64,000 nucleotides of DNA from Octopus sinensis (Eukaryota): assembly GCF_006345805.1 (NCBI RefSeq), contig NC_043000.1, positions 154,628,001 to 154,692,000 on the forward strand. Reading direction: 5' to 3'. Shown here piece after piece: positions 1-11,603 of this stretch. The translations under genes were made by a program, and so were the position numbers. The notes under the pieces are model-generated. The model was not told the origin of the DNA and made no database searches. It saw only the letters and a program-made list of their open reading frames with translations. The first letter of the stretch is position 1, and each line of letters opens with the position of its first letter.

Positions 1-185
1 GACAGAAACCTGTTCTGAAGATGGCTCTGTTACATACAAAAATGATTATAATAATATATATATATATATATCTATATTATATATATTATATATATATATA
101 TACATATATATATACATATATATATATATACATATATACATATATTTACATATATATACATATACATATATATATATACATACTC

Positions 186-506
186 TGTGTCTAGGGAGAG
201 TCATTTTCTTTTTGTGCCTTATAATTTAACACACTCACTGGTAAAATTCCACATTATTTCTTATTTTTATTTTCCTAAAATTTTCGTTGCATCTTGCAAC
301 CTTTTCAAGAGTCAAAACTATTGAAAAAGTTTCAAGAAGCAACAAAAATTTTAGGAAAATAAAAATAAGAAATAAGTGGAAATTTTATGAGTGAGTGACT
401 TAAATTATAAGGCACAAAAAGAAAATGACTCTCCCCAGACACAACAGAATATATGCTTCAACACACGACTCACATAAAGAATCTTGCAAACCAAATCCCA
501 AAACGT
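186..506. mobile_element. (TA)n-flanked foldback cassette (~125-bp inverted arms), probable Penelope-like pLTR remnant
   Basis: 186-310 is the imperfect reverse complement of ~318-443 (e.g. gagagtcattttctttttgtgccttataatttaa / ttaaattataaggcacaaaaagaaaatgactctc). The right arm extends to ~506. (TA)n lies on both sides and a hammerhead-like motif lies near the centre. Confidence 0.7.
274..313 (-). ncRNA. minimal hammerhead ribozyme-like motif, U3-A8 core variant
   Basis: Minus strand reads TTGAAAA-G-GTTGC-AAGAT-GCAAC-GAA-AATT-T-TAG. The plus-strand arm (318-355) supplies CTA before TTGAAAA for a 3-bp stem I but has a mutated GAAA. Confidence 0.45.
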
Positions 507-508
507 AA

Positions 509-571
<63 letters not shown>

Positions 572-680
572 TAAATGTATACACACATATTTACAAATGT
601 GTATATATATGTATATATATATACACATGCACACACATATATCATATACATGTATATATGTATACATATATATATGTGTG

Positions 681-727
<47 letters not shown>

Positions 728-730
728 GAC

Positions 731-823
731 AGGTAGACCCTGAAGAAATTGCACCGGTATTATAGTAGGGTTGCAATTGCAATGGTTACTAATCAATGCA
801 TAGAAACATGTGTAGGTCTATTT
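731..823 (+). ncRNA. type I hammerhead ribozyme with long stem II
   Basis: Stem I TAGACC (734-739) / GGTCTA (815-820); core CTGAAGA (740-746); extended stem II hairpin; GAAAC (803-807); stem III ACA/TGT; GUA cleavage triplet (812-814). The base of stem II is imperfect. Confidence 0.75.
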
Positions 824-1659
824 GAGGCTATATATATATATAAAGGAATTAAGGGTACTATACAACTTTGTAATAATTATAATAATAATAATTATATATA
901 TATATATATAATAATATATAGATATATTATTATATATATATATAGTATATATATATATATGTATGTATGTATAGATATGCATCATATATGCATACATATA
1001 ATGTATATACACACACGCACACATATATCTATGTACATATATGTATGTATATATATTTACCTGTATATATGTAAAAGAGGATCTCTACCAAATCAATGGT
1101 AGAAAATTTAGTAGTCATATTGTAATACTAAAATGTAATTTGTTTGCTGCTTACCCACTCTTTGATAATGCATGTCAACACCCGTGTTCCCTACCCCAAG
1201 ATATATTATCCAAAGTGTAGGTTATAAAGCATTATACAAGTGTTAATTATATTGGATATTTCAAAGGGTGAAAGAATGAAACCAAACAATGTTTTCACAA
1301 ATGATGCAATCTCTTAATGTCTCTTAAAAATGGCATATCAACGTTGGAAGGAAAACAACACGCTTGGCAAATAACTATTATTGTTGCTTACCAAAGGGGA
1401 AAGCATTCCCCAAACAATATATGAAGAGCCTTAGTGGTATAACTGCAAGACAATACCCACAACCAGGAACAGTAGCAACAGCAACAGTATCTATTATGAT
1501 AATGATGAGGTGTGTAACAAAAATGGTAGCTACTATCATCAATAATAACCACAGATTGCTATATATGTGTGTGGTAGTTGACTATAGAAAAAAATCATAG
1601 TATGTCGGGGGCTGACCTTAATCTAAGTTTTTGATACCAACCCACCTGAAATGTAGAGA

Positions 1660-1850
1660 CATGTGGCTTTGGTTGTTAAACTCATGATTTTAAGATTGTG
1701 GTTTCAATTCCTGGACTGGGTGATACATATTCTTGAGCAAAACACTTCATTTCACATTGCTCCAGTTCACTCACCTAACAAGAATTTATATGCCATGGAA
1801 AGTGGGAAACCGGCCCTTATTAGTCAGCATGACTTGAGAAGGTAACTTTT
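1660..1850 (+). mobile_element. degraded tRNA-derived SINE, family B
   Basis: Similar to 14771-15035 (ttcttgagcaaaacacttcatttcacattgctccag). A further decayed copy lies at ~2160-2320. Confidence 0.7.
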
Positions 1851-3308
1851 TTTTAACCCACCTGAAACAACCTCTGATTCTAAGATACAAAACTGTCTAC
1901 TTTAAAATGATCATACATAGATTAATAGCTTTCATAATTATTTTATTTATCTAGTAGATCAACAGCAGTAGTTTGCAGTAAGAATAACTATTAAATTCTT
2001 TTAAATGCTCAGAGGGCTTTTATTTCCATATAAGGCCTTCTATCTCCTGGGATAGTTGAAGTACTCAGAGAAAACACCTGTATTATATACAATTGCTTAT
2101 TCAACTAACCATCAGATTTTAAAAATTACTTTTATATTTATTGTATGTATTTATATGTGTGCGAGCAAGTGGCTAAGTTGTTACGATGTTGGATTCATGG
2201 TCATATGGTCATGGGTTTGGTTCTTGTACAGGGCAATGCATTGTGTCCTTGAGCAAGGCACTTCATTTTATATAGCTCCAGTCCTCTCAGCTGAAAACTG
2301 AGTACCTGTCTAGAACTGTTGCAGCCTTCTGTCTCCACCAGCTGGCACATCATGGATATTGCACAGGCAAGATTGAGTCTGCTCAGAACTACATGGGAAA
2401 GTTAAAAATCTAGTGAAACTATAGTATGTATTACTAAGTTATACTTATTTGAGGGTGATGGCTGAGGTAGTTTTGCTTTTATGTATATAAATAATGAAAT
2501 GTGTGTATGAATGTATATGTGTTAATTTTGTATGTGTGTACTTCAATAACCATCATCAGAAAAACTATTTTGATGCCATAAAATGATAGATCCTTCCCTG
2601 TACACCTGTCTCCTAAGCAGTGGCTTAGTGTGGGTGTATGTGTGAACAGCACAAAGTGGTCACTTTATATATGTTTGCTGTAGTCACAGATATGTTACAC
2701 TTATAGAAAGAATCAGTTCCCAATGGTTCTATCACTAATTTGAGCTAAGGTAGGATTGGTCAAATACTGAATTAACATCAAAGCAAATTGCTGAAGACTG
2801 CTTTATAGATATAATTAAACGATAAAAGAGGACCCTTTGTTAAAGATATTATGACACCAGTGAAAAGATAATTAGGGCCATATATATGAAAATCTAAATA
2901 TTACTGAAATAGTTGTATGGCAATAATTTAAGCTGTAAACTAAAGTAGTATTGCATACATAAAGGGTCTTTATTTTTAGGGTGGATAACATAAAAGGGAT
3001 TCTGTGACATTCATATTTTTCTCAAGGACATTTGTTGTATACATGAAGTAAGATTTTATAGGTCATAGTCTTAGGTTTACTTGGAGCTTATTTACTTTTT
3101 GCTCTACGGTGCCTTTTAAAAATATCTGGAATAGCACATCTAAACAAGCACGCAACATGCACGCATGCACACACACACACACAAACACAAGCAAACACAC
3201 TAACACACACATACAGAAACACTCTAATTTCAACCTTTATCTTAAATTAGATGATCTATTTTATGAAAATATATTCTAGTTATGAAACATTATTATTATG
3301 CTTTAGAA

Positions 3309-3526
3309 CAGTGCTTTTCAAACTTTTTGCTGGAGCGGAACCCCAAGGAAACATTCCACTGGCTCGAGGAACCCCTGTGCAATAATTTAATAGTCTTATG
3401 CACACATATCTGCACAGGAGAATTAAAAATTACTGCCGATTTTAGCAGTTTTGTAACTTCTTGCGGAACCCCTAGACTGTACTGGCGGACCCTAAGGTTC
3501 CGGGGAACCCTGGTTGAAAACCACTG
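3309..3526. mobile_element. non-autonomous hAT (Charlie-like) MITE
   Basis: TIRs CAGTGCTTTTCAAAC / GGTTGAAAACCACTG, a perfect 8-bp TSD CTTTAGAA (3301-3308 and 3527-3534), and subterminal GGAACCC repeats. Confidence 0.92.
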
Positions 3527-3860
3527 CTTTAGAAAATGACCTCAGAATAAGCACTTCATAAATAATAATAATAATAATATGCTTTGGGATGCTTAGGAGG
3601 ATGAAAATGGAATGTAACCACTGACATGAATCGTGTATGTAATTCTTGGAAATAATTCCGTGTATTGACTTATGCTTTCAGCAGAGGCACGAAGCCACAC
3701 GTTTTTGTGGAGATTAGATATGGCTACATATATAAGCTTTAATAGCTGACAAGTACTTCATTTTATTTATTGCCACAGGAATTAGTCAACTCCAGCAGGA
3801 TTTGAACTCAGAATGTGAAGGGACTTGAACAATGGAGTTTTCTTGTTTGCGTTATACAAA

Positions 3861-4231
3861 TCTCTCTATATATAAACGGCAGTTTGTCTGTGTGTGTTTC
3901 TGTGTGTCTGTTTTCTCGTACCCTCACCCTGACCACGGCTTTCAACCGATTCTGATGAAACTTGACACACACATAGCCCAATGTCATAATTCAAAACTAA
4001 CGCAGCGAAAATTTTGAAAAGTTCCCCCAGTTCTGAAAAAATCGATAAATTCGACATGGGGTCGAGAATCAGAAACACAAACCACAGACTGTCTAGGGGA
4101 CGCAACTCGACCTTTTTAACTAAAAAAAAAATTTACCATCATTTTTTTTCCATTTTTTGGCTATAACTCTCTAAAAATGCTTTATAGTTATTTCCCTTAC
4201 AAACCCGAGCAACGCCGGGCGATACTGCTAG
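3861..4231 (+). mobile_element. non-autonomous Helitron
   Basis: 5' TC(TCTCTATATATAA) start, 3' GC-rich hairpin CCCGAGCAACGCCGGG followed by CTAG. Inserted between A and T with no TSD. Confidence 0.85.
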
Positions 4232-4383
4232 TAAGGTAATAAAATGCTACTAGAGAAAAATAATAATTTGCTACATAGGCACTTAGCCACAGGTTTATAA
4301 GAAGAATGAGATTATAGGTCCTCATGCCTTTCTCAATGACATTTGAGAAAAGACTAATATATATATATATATCAAAGTGAGAT

Positions 4384-4690
4384 GTTGGCCAATTTCTATG
4401 CAGAACTTATAACTTGGTTGGCATCATGGGTGTCAATAAGCAGAATGCCATCAAATTGGCTGTGGAGGCACCAGAGGTTGTCTCAAGGTGACTGTGGATC
4501 AAGAGGTGCAAGTCCTAAAAGGTGTAGTGCAACCAAGAGTAGTGTTGACTGGACACAGGCTAAGGGTTGTCCAACCCAGGCTGGGTTGCATGGGTGATGG
4601 TATCTGATACTGAAAGTCCCCAAATCCCTAACGACTCCCAGGAAAAATCGCTGGTGATGTGTTAAGGGGCATCACAGGATAATGCCAAGA
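4384..4690 (+). pseudogene. 3' remnant of a HERO-like RLE non-LTR retrotransposon (C-terminus plus 3' UTR)
   Basis: Translates VGQFLCRTYNLVGIMGVNKQNAIKLAVEAPEVVSR*LWIKR, which resembles the HERO-clade end (..GxSLxR..LGIxG..AI..EAAExASRWLWxKR). One internal stop. Confidence 0.65.
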
Positions 4691-4740
4691 AAAAAAACTA
4701 TACACATACATTTATATATATATCTGAAACATACACACAG

Positions 4741-4767
<27 letters not shown>

Positions 4768-4771
<4 letters not shown>

Positions 4772-4831
4772 CACTCACACGCACACATATATGCATTTAT
4801 ATACCTATACATACATACATACATATATATA

Positions 4832-4870
<39 letters not shown>

Positions 4871-4925
4871 CACTCACACGCACACATATATGCATTTATA
4901 TACCTATACATACATACATACATAT

Positions 4926-4973
<48 letters not shown>

Positions 4974-4975
4974 CA
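4768..4975. repeat. ~100-bp direct tandem duplication of a compound microsatellite
   Basis: acactcacacgcacacatatatgcatttatatacctatacatacatacatac occurs at ~4771 and ~4871. Confidence 0.85.
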
Positions 4976-5166
4976 CACATACAAGAAAGAAGAATTGTTA
5001 GCACTTTTGGGCAATCCTTATTCAGTTTCTTACATCAATGAAACTAAAAAATATTTAAAAAATTATGAAAACACACAAGTCCCAACATCTTTCCACTAAA
5101 CAACAACAGCAACAGCATCAGGATCATTGTCATAATCAATCTCATCATCATCATCATCAACATCAT

Positions 5167-5203
<37 letters not shown>

Positions 5204-6013
5204 GTCATCATCATCATCGTCATCATCATCATCAATGACAACAACAACAACAAACCTTTCTGATTTGCGATCTCTTAAGAGAAAAAAAAAAAAAGAAAAG
5301 AAGAAAGAAAATCTCAGTATCATTGGAGTTTCCATTGCAGGCTGACCCATTCATGGTGGGGGGTCACACTTGGTTGGTGAGACATGCTAGCATTTTTACA
5401 ATAGAAAAAAAAAAATAAAAAGCATCTCAGAATTTTTGACAGAAACTTCTGCAGAATGCTTTAGAATTAAACAAGTTCCTTTTTTTTCATTTTCCAAGTC
5501 ATATCACGTGAAAAATTTGTGCGAAAAAATGAATTTTGGATTCAGTGAAAGAATGAAATTTGTATTTTTTTGAAATTATGTTTAGTTAATATGTGATTAT
5601 ATTTGAGCATGTGCAGGTATGTATATGTGTGTGTTTGTTATTTATATGTGAATGTTTGTGTATAAGTGAGTCATTCATATTCTTGTTTTTTTAGTCCTTT
5701 ATAATATATCTATATTTCTGTGTATATCTGAATATGTATGTTTGCATATAGGAAATGTATATTGGTACATGAATCCACATAGACAAATACACACATTTAG
5801 ATACTTGTATAGACAAGCAGATATACACAGATACACAAACAACACATATCTGTATTAACTGTATGTCTATAGGTGTTTAGATCATTAAGTGTTTTCCAGT
5901 TTCACACAGTCATCTTCTTTAATATTCACTTCTGAAACCATGCTATGGATTTAATGTTCTAGAGCCTATGTATGCATGTGTGTGTGTGTGTGTGATGGAT
6001 GTATATTAATATA

Positions 6014-6045
<32 letters not shown>

Positions 6046-6049
6046 ATTG

Positions 6050-6192
6050 ATATAGGATAAAATTTTTTTCGGGAAAAAAATTTTATCAATGGCCAGCATA
6101 TCAAAAAATGCCTTTAAAGGGTAAAATTATACATAATTTACAAGATAAGGGCAGAAGAAAAAAACAACACACAGTATATATATATATATATA

Positions 6193-6255
<63 letters not shown>

Positions 6256-6350
6256 AGGTATAAAATGTATATATGTGTGCATGTGAGTGTTATTTATATA
6301 TATAATATACTGTGTGTATGTGTTCTTCTGCCCTTATCTTGTAAATTATA
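6050..6350. mobile_element. (TA)n-embedded cassette (same family as 41049-41350) with a short inverted copy
   Basis: ggataaaatttttttcgggaaaaaaattttatcaatggccagcat...ataatttacaagataagggcagaagaa (6054-6159). Its last ~27 bp recur inverted at 6323-6349. Confidence 0.7.
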
Positions 6351-6753
6351 TAATATATATATATATATATATGTATAAATATATGCATGTATATATATAT
6401 TTTTATATGCATATATAAACATAAATATATAGTCACACAGATATATACACACATACACATATATCTAAATGCACATACAAACACAGCTGCATGCACACAC
6501 ACACACACAAACATACACACGCACACACACATACACACACACACACGCACCCACACATTTCATAGATTTTATTTTCTTCCTTCCACATGTGAACGTTAAA
6601 TATCTGAATGACTTTGAATATAGTATAAATTATATATGCATGTGTGTGTGTACATATGTTATATTACATAAATACATATATGTATTTATGTATGTGTTTG
6701 CATGTATATATAAAAAAATATATATAAATAAATATATATTATATATTTATAAT

Positions 6754-6795
<42 letters not shown>

Positions 6796-7764
6796 TATAT
6801 ATATATATGTATATAGATGTATATGTGTGTGTGTGTGTTGTGTTTGTGTGTGTATTTGTGATATTTACATGCCTTCCATTAATATACATGCACAGACCCA
6901 AGAATTTGCATACACACACTTTTATGTACCCTGTTAGTTTTGAGTGAATGGTCTGGGCAACGTTGTACACATCACCACTGATTATTATGCTTGGATGAAT
7001 GGTAAGAGAGATTCAAATTTGTTGTTAGCGCATCAGCATTCATAGTATGCGAGTATATAATATATAAGTAGCTGCATGTGTGTGTGTGTGTGTGTGTGTG
7101 TGAGTGTGTGTGAGTGTGTGTAATATGTATATTTAATATATACAGAAAATGCATTCATAATTTTCATTCATAATAATAAGCTGTTGGGAGAAAACCAAGC
7201 AGTGTAGATGTGTGTTTGTATATATATATGTATGTATATATATAGATGCATTTGTGTGTGTATATATATATGTATGTATATATATAGATGCATGTGTATA
7301 TATATATATATATATACATATATACAAATATATATATATGTATTTATATATATGTATGTATACATGCATATATATGTGTGTGTATATATGTATATGTAAG
7401 TATGTGTGTTTGTGTGTGTGTGTATTTATATGCACACAAAACATGTATATACATATATATAAATATATGTATAAACATATATACAAATTAATTTAGTATA
7501 AGAATTACAAATTTTTTTCGCCTTGCTTTCAAAAATTTCATTTTTAACCCCGAGGGGGAACATACAGGTCTGACAGTCAAAATGATCATGGTTTCAAAGA
7601 ATTTGGATCTATTTATTTAGTTTTGATATGGTTAATAACACATGATTCTCACATAATTCTTGTGATACACATCTATATAATTTCTTTGATCGTGGTTTAA
7701 TATATATATATATATAATATATATATCTGTTTATGCATATACATACATCATACAGTATATATAC

Positions 7765-7802
<38 letters not shown>

Positions 7803-7869
7803 TATTATATATATATATATATATGTATATATATGCATATATATATATGCATATATATATGTATATATA

Positions 7870-7908
<39 letters not shown>

Positions 7909-7919
7909 ACACATAATAT

Positions 7920-7952
<33 letters not shown>

Positions 7953-8276
7953 CTATATATATATAATAATATATACATAAATATATATATGCATACATAT
8001 ATGTGTTGAGTATATTTGTATTTAAAGCGGATTAAAGAAAAATTTTAGTAATGAAAAAGAATTTGGTAAGAATTGAACCCAAATTCTATGGTCATAGCCC
8101 AAGGTATGTTAATATGTTGCTAGTTATTCACATACTTATAGTCTTATAATACATATATGTATGTGTAAATGGTGTCTTTGGTGCATGCATGCATGCATAT
8201 GTATGTGTATGCATGTTTGTGTGTGTATGTGTGTATGTGTTTTTATGTGTGTATGCATTTGTATGTGTGTGTGTGT

Positions 8277-8307
<31 letters not shown>

Positions 8308-8595
8308 TGTGTGTGCCTTGTATTACTGTATCTCACTTGATTGTCTTACTTTAATGCACTCTGTTTCATCAACAATTAAATATTGTTGATCGTTTAAACG
8401 AACAATTTAATTAGAACATCATTTAAAATGAAGACGTTCAATTCCAACCGTCTTCAAGAACAATTTAATTCGATTTAAAGGTCCATTTTATTAAAGGACC
8501 AATGTAAATGGCACTGACAATATCAGGATGTTGCTAAAAGGGTTTTAGCATTTTTGGATCTACTTGTGGCGATGGTACTGGTAGTGGCAGCAGTG

Positions 8596-8653
<58 letters not shown>

Positions 8654-8921
8654 TGTTTATGTGTGTGTGTATTTATGTGTGTGTATATTTATGTGTGCTT
8701 CTTTATCTGAAATGTTTTCATTTTCTATCCGAGTTTTAAATGTCTCCAAATACAGCAAAAAATACAATATGGTATGACATTTATATATTATATATATTAC
8801 ATACACACACACACACATGCACACACATGCACACACACACACATACACACTCACGCACACACACTTTATATGGATATACATAGTTTACACATTATATGCT
8901 TATATATATATATATATATAT

Positions 8922-9029
8922 ATTTCATTACTACCCACAAGGGGCTAAATACAGAGGGGACAAACAAGGACAGACAAAGGGATTAAGTCGATTACATCGA
9001 CCCCAGTGCGCAACTGGTACTTAATTTAT
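8922..9029 (-). mobile_element. 3' half of a family A SINE
   Basis: Matches the corresponding half of 36214-36443. Confidence 0.85.
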
Positions 9030-9087
9030 CTATTTATATATATATATTTACATACATGTTACACATGCATATATTTGATAAACACTG

Positions 9088-9123
<36 letters not shown>

Positions 9124-9573
9124 GCTTTTATGTGGTGTGTGTGTGTGTGTGTGCATTGTATCCATATGTGAAGAAGCACACACACACATATATTACTTTT
9201 CCATCATTCCAAGTTGTATTTTAAGAGGAAAGTTCTGGAGGTTAGTGTGAAGTTAAATGAGAGGCAATGACCAAAATCACATTAATAAAACAACAGCAAC
9301 ATCAACAACAGCAGCAGCAGCAGCAGCAACAGTAACAGACTGAGGCACATATCTATGCTGTTTCAGTTCTTTTTACTGTTCAGTGTCAGTATTTAGTGGA
9401 ATCTTGTGAGTTTTAATATTTTTTCTTTGATTTGTAGATGGTAAGATGGGAAGGGCTGAAGGTTATCTTTGTGGAAGTGATTTGTAAATGATTTGTACTG
9501 GTTGTGAATCAGTATGAAGACTGACAGATCAATAGATAGATAATTAGCTAGATCGATAGAGAAATAGAGTAAG

Positions 9574-9604
<31 letters not shown>

Positions 9605-10490
9605 AGAGAGAAAGAGAGAAAGAGAGAGGAGAGAGAAAGAGAGAAAGAAGATTGATTTTCAAGGGGATGATAAGGAACAACAACAACAACAACAAAATAA
9701 TAATAATAAAAACACTCTCCATTCTTGTTTTCTTTTGAAAGTTATGAAAATATTAAACAAACAAAAATTTGGGTAAAAAGTCCCCTAAAATGTTGAGCAA
9801 CAACAAGAAAGTTAACAAAACAGGAAAAAAAAAAGGTTAAGAATAATTAAATGAAAATAAACACAGCTCCCAACATTTCAGAGATTTGACATACAATTGA
9901 TATAAAAAAAAAATTATAATTAATAAAACAAACAAACGAACGAACAAAACAAACAAGAATTTAAATAAATGATTAAACACTCAATTATATTTTGTTTCGT
10001 CTTTTCTTTTCTACACAGAAATATCAGTTCAATTTGGGTTGACTGTACATTATCATAATTATGATATTATCAATAACAGTTACCTTTATAATTGTTAAAA
10101 CAAATTATTATAATTGTTATTAATATAACAGAGTGTCTCAGAAGTCTGGAATCAAAGTCTAAAATTCAGAGAAGTCTTTTTAACTCGATCATTCACAGAT
10201 TGTCTTCAGTATGTTTTGCCTCATCCTCACATTCAATGCACATAAATAATAGCAGGCTCGGCCTATAGTGAGACACCTTGTTTAGAAATAAAATCTCTGA
10301 AACACACATTTACATTTTGCTGGAAATATTGTAGGAGGTTCAGTTCAAACATAGGTCGTCTCATGCAAAGAGACATTTTTTTCAATTGAAATACATTTGC
10401 TTATACATACAACAAATCCCTGAAACACATATATATATACCTATGTATATGTATATATACATATATATATATATACATCATACATATTTA

Positions 10491-10523
<33 letters not shown>

Positions 10524-10738
10524 ATATTAGTATATATATATATTATATATATATGTATATATATATATATATATATAATATATATGTTATGCACATGTCC
10601 ACATATATATATATATATATATATATAATAATTATATATATATAATTATATATATAGACATTATAATATATTCTTACATATCCACATGTACATGTCAAAC
10701 ATGTTTCATACAACAAACCATCGTATACCATATATATA

Positions 10739-10776
<38 letters not shown>

Positions 10777-11265
10777 GCACCACATATATCTTATATATTT
10801 GCATGCTTATGTAAATAACTCAAATATATGTAGATATGAATCTATGTAATATATATTCCATTGGCATACATGTGCAGGTATACATAAAAGATATCACCCT
10901 TTTAATATCAACACTGATAACAAAATTTACAACCATTAGTAAAAAAGAAGTCATGGATACATACATACATACATACATACAAATAAGGAAACAGAATATG
11001 TGTGTATGCATGTGCGCTCATGTATATGTGTATATGTATGTACGTGTATATATGTATATGTGAGCATGTAAACATATATACATGCATAAGCGTGTGTGTG
11101 TGTGTGTGTGTTGGTATGTGATTAGGAATAGCTCATAAGTAAAAATAGGAGTACTCAATATACAAAGAAAAAGTGACTAGTTCTATATAATGATCAAATG
11201 AATAAATTACATAGCCTTGCTTTCAGTCAAGTCTCTGAGAGCTTACAACTGTGAGATGAATCTGT

Positions 11266-11324
11266 TTGGATCTAGAAAAGCCTCTGTGAATTGGCACATT
11301 TTGCAGCAGCCATTCCAGATCCAA
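11266..11324. ncRNA. pre-miRNA-like hairpin (candidate)
   Basis: TTGGATCTAGAAAAGCCTCTGTGAA...TTGCAGCAGCCATTCCAGATCCAA, 59 nt, with ~20-21 of 25 positions paired on either strand. No known mature miRNA recognised. Confidence 0.35.
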
Positions 11325-11371
11325 TCTGACACAGCTGATGATCATAAGCCAATAGAAGTGTGCATGAAATA

Positions 11372-11603
11372 TATTTCTTTACTACCCACAAGGGGCTAAA
11401 CATAGAGGGGACAAACAAGGACAGACGAACGGATTAAGTCGATTATATCGACCCCAGAGCGTAACTGGTACTTAATTTATCGACCCCAAAAGGATGGAAG
11501 GCAAAGTCGACCTCGGTGGAATTTGAACCCAGAACGTAACGGCAGACAAAATACGGCTACGCATTTCGCCCGGCATGCTAACGATTCTGCCAGCTCACCG
11601 CCT
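11372..11603 (-). mobile_element. tRNA-derived SINE, family A (Nin/Deu-like central domain)
   Basis: The minus strand has a tRNA-like head (box A TGGCAGAATCGTTAG, box B GTTCAAATTCC) and a GCCTT(C/T)CATCCTTT.GGGGTCGATAAATTAAGTACCAG domain. Flanked by a ~26-bp direct repeat. Confidence 0.9.

Noticed and set aside
5065-5238. Short His/Gln-rich ORF MKTHKSQHLSTKQQQQQHQD..HHHH
   Set aside because: Under 60 codons and built on a (CAT)n/(CAA)n tract, with no supporting gene context.
7535-7610. Weak hammerhead echoes (CCGAGGG-GGAAC..GTTTC-AAAG; also 35556-35594 and CTGAAGA at 15-21)
   Set aside because: Several core nucleotides or the GAAA half are missing, so they cannot be distinguished from chance.
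10129-10280. Possible Tc1/mariner MITE (CAGAGTGTCTCA / TGAGACACCTTG)
   Set aside because: The TIR match is short and imperfect, there is no clean TA TSD, and there is no second copy in the window.
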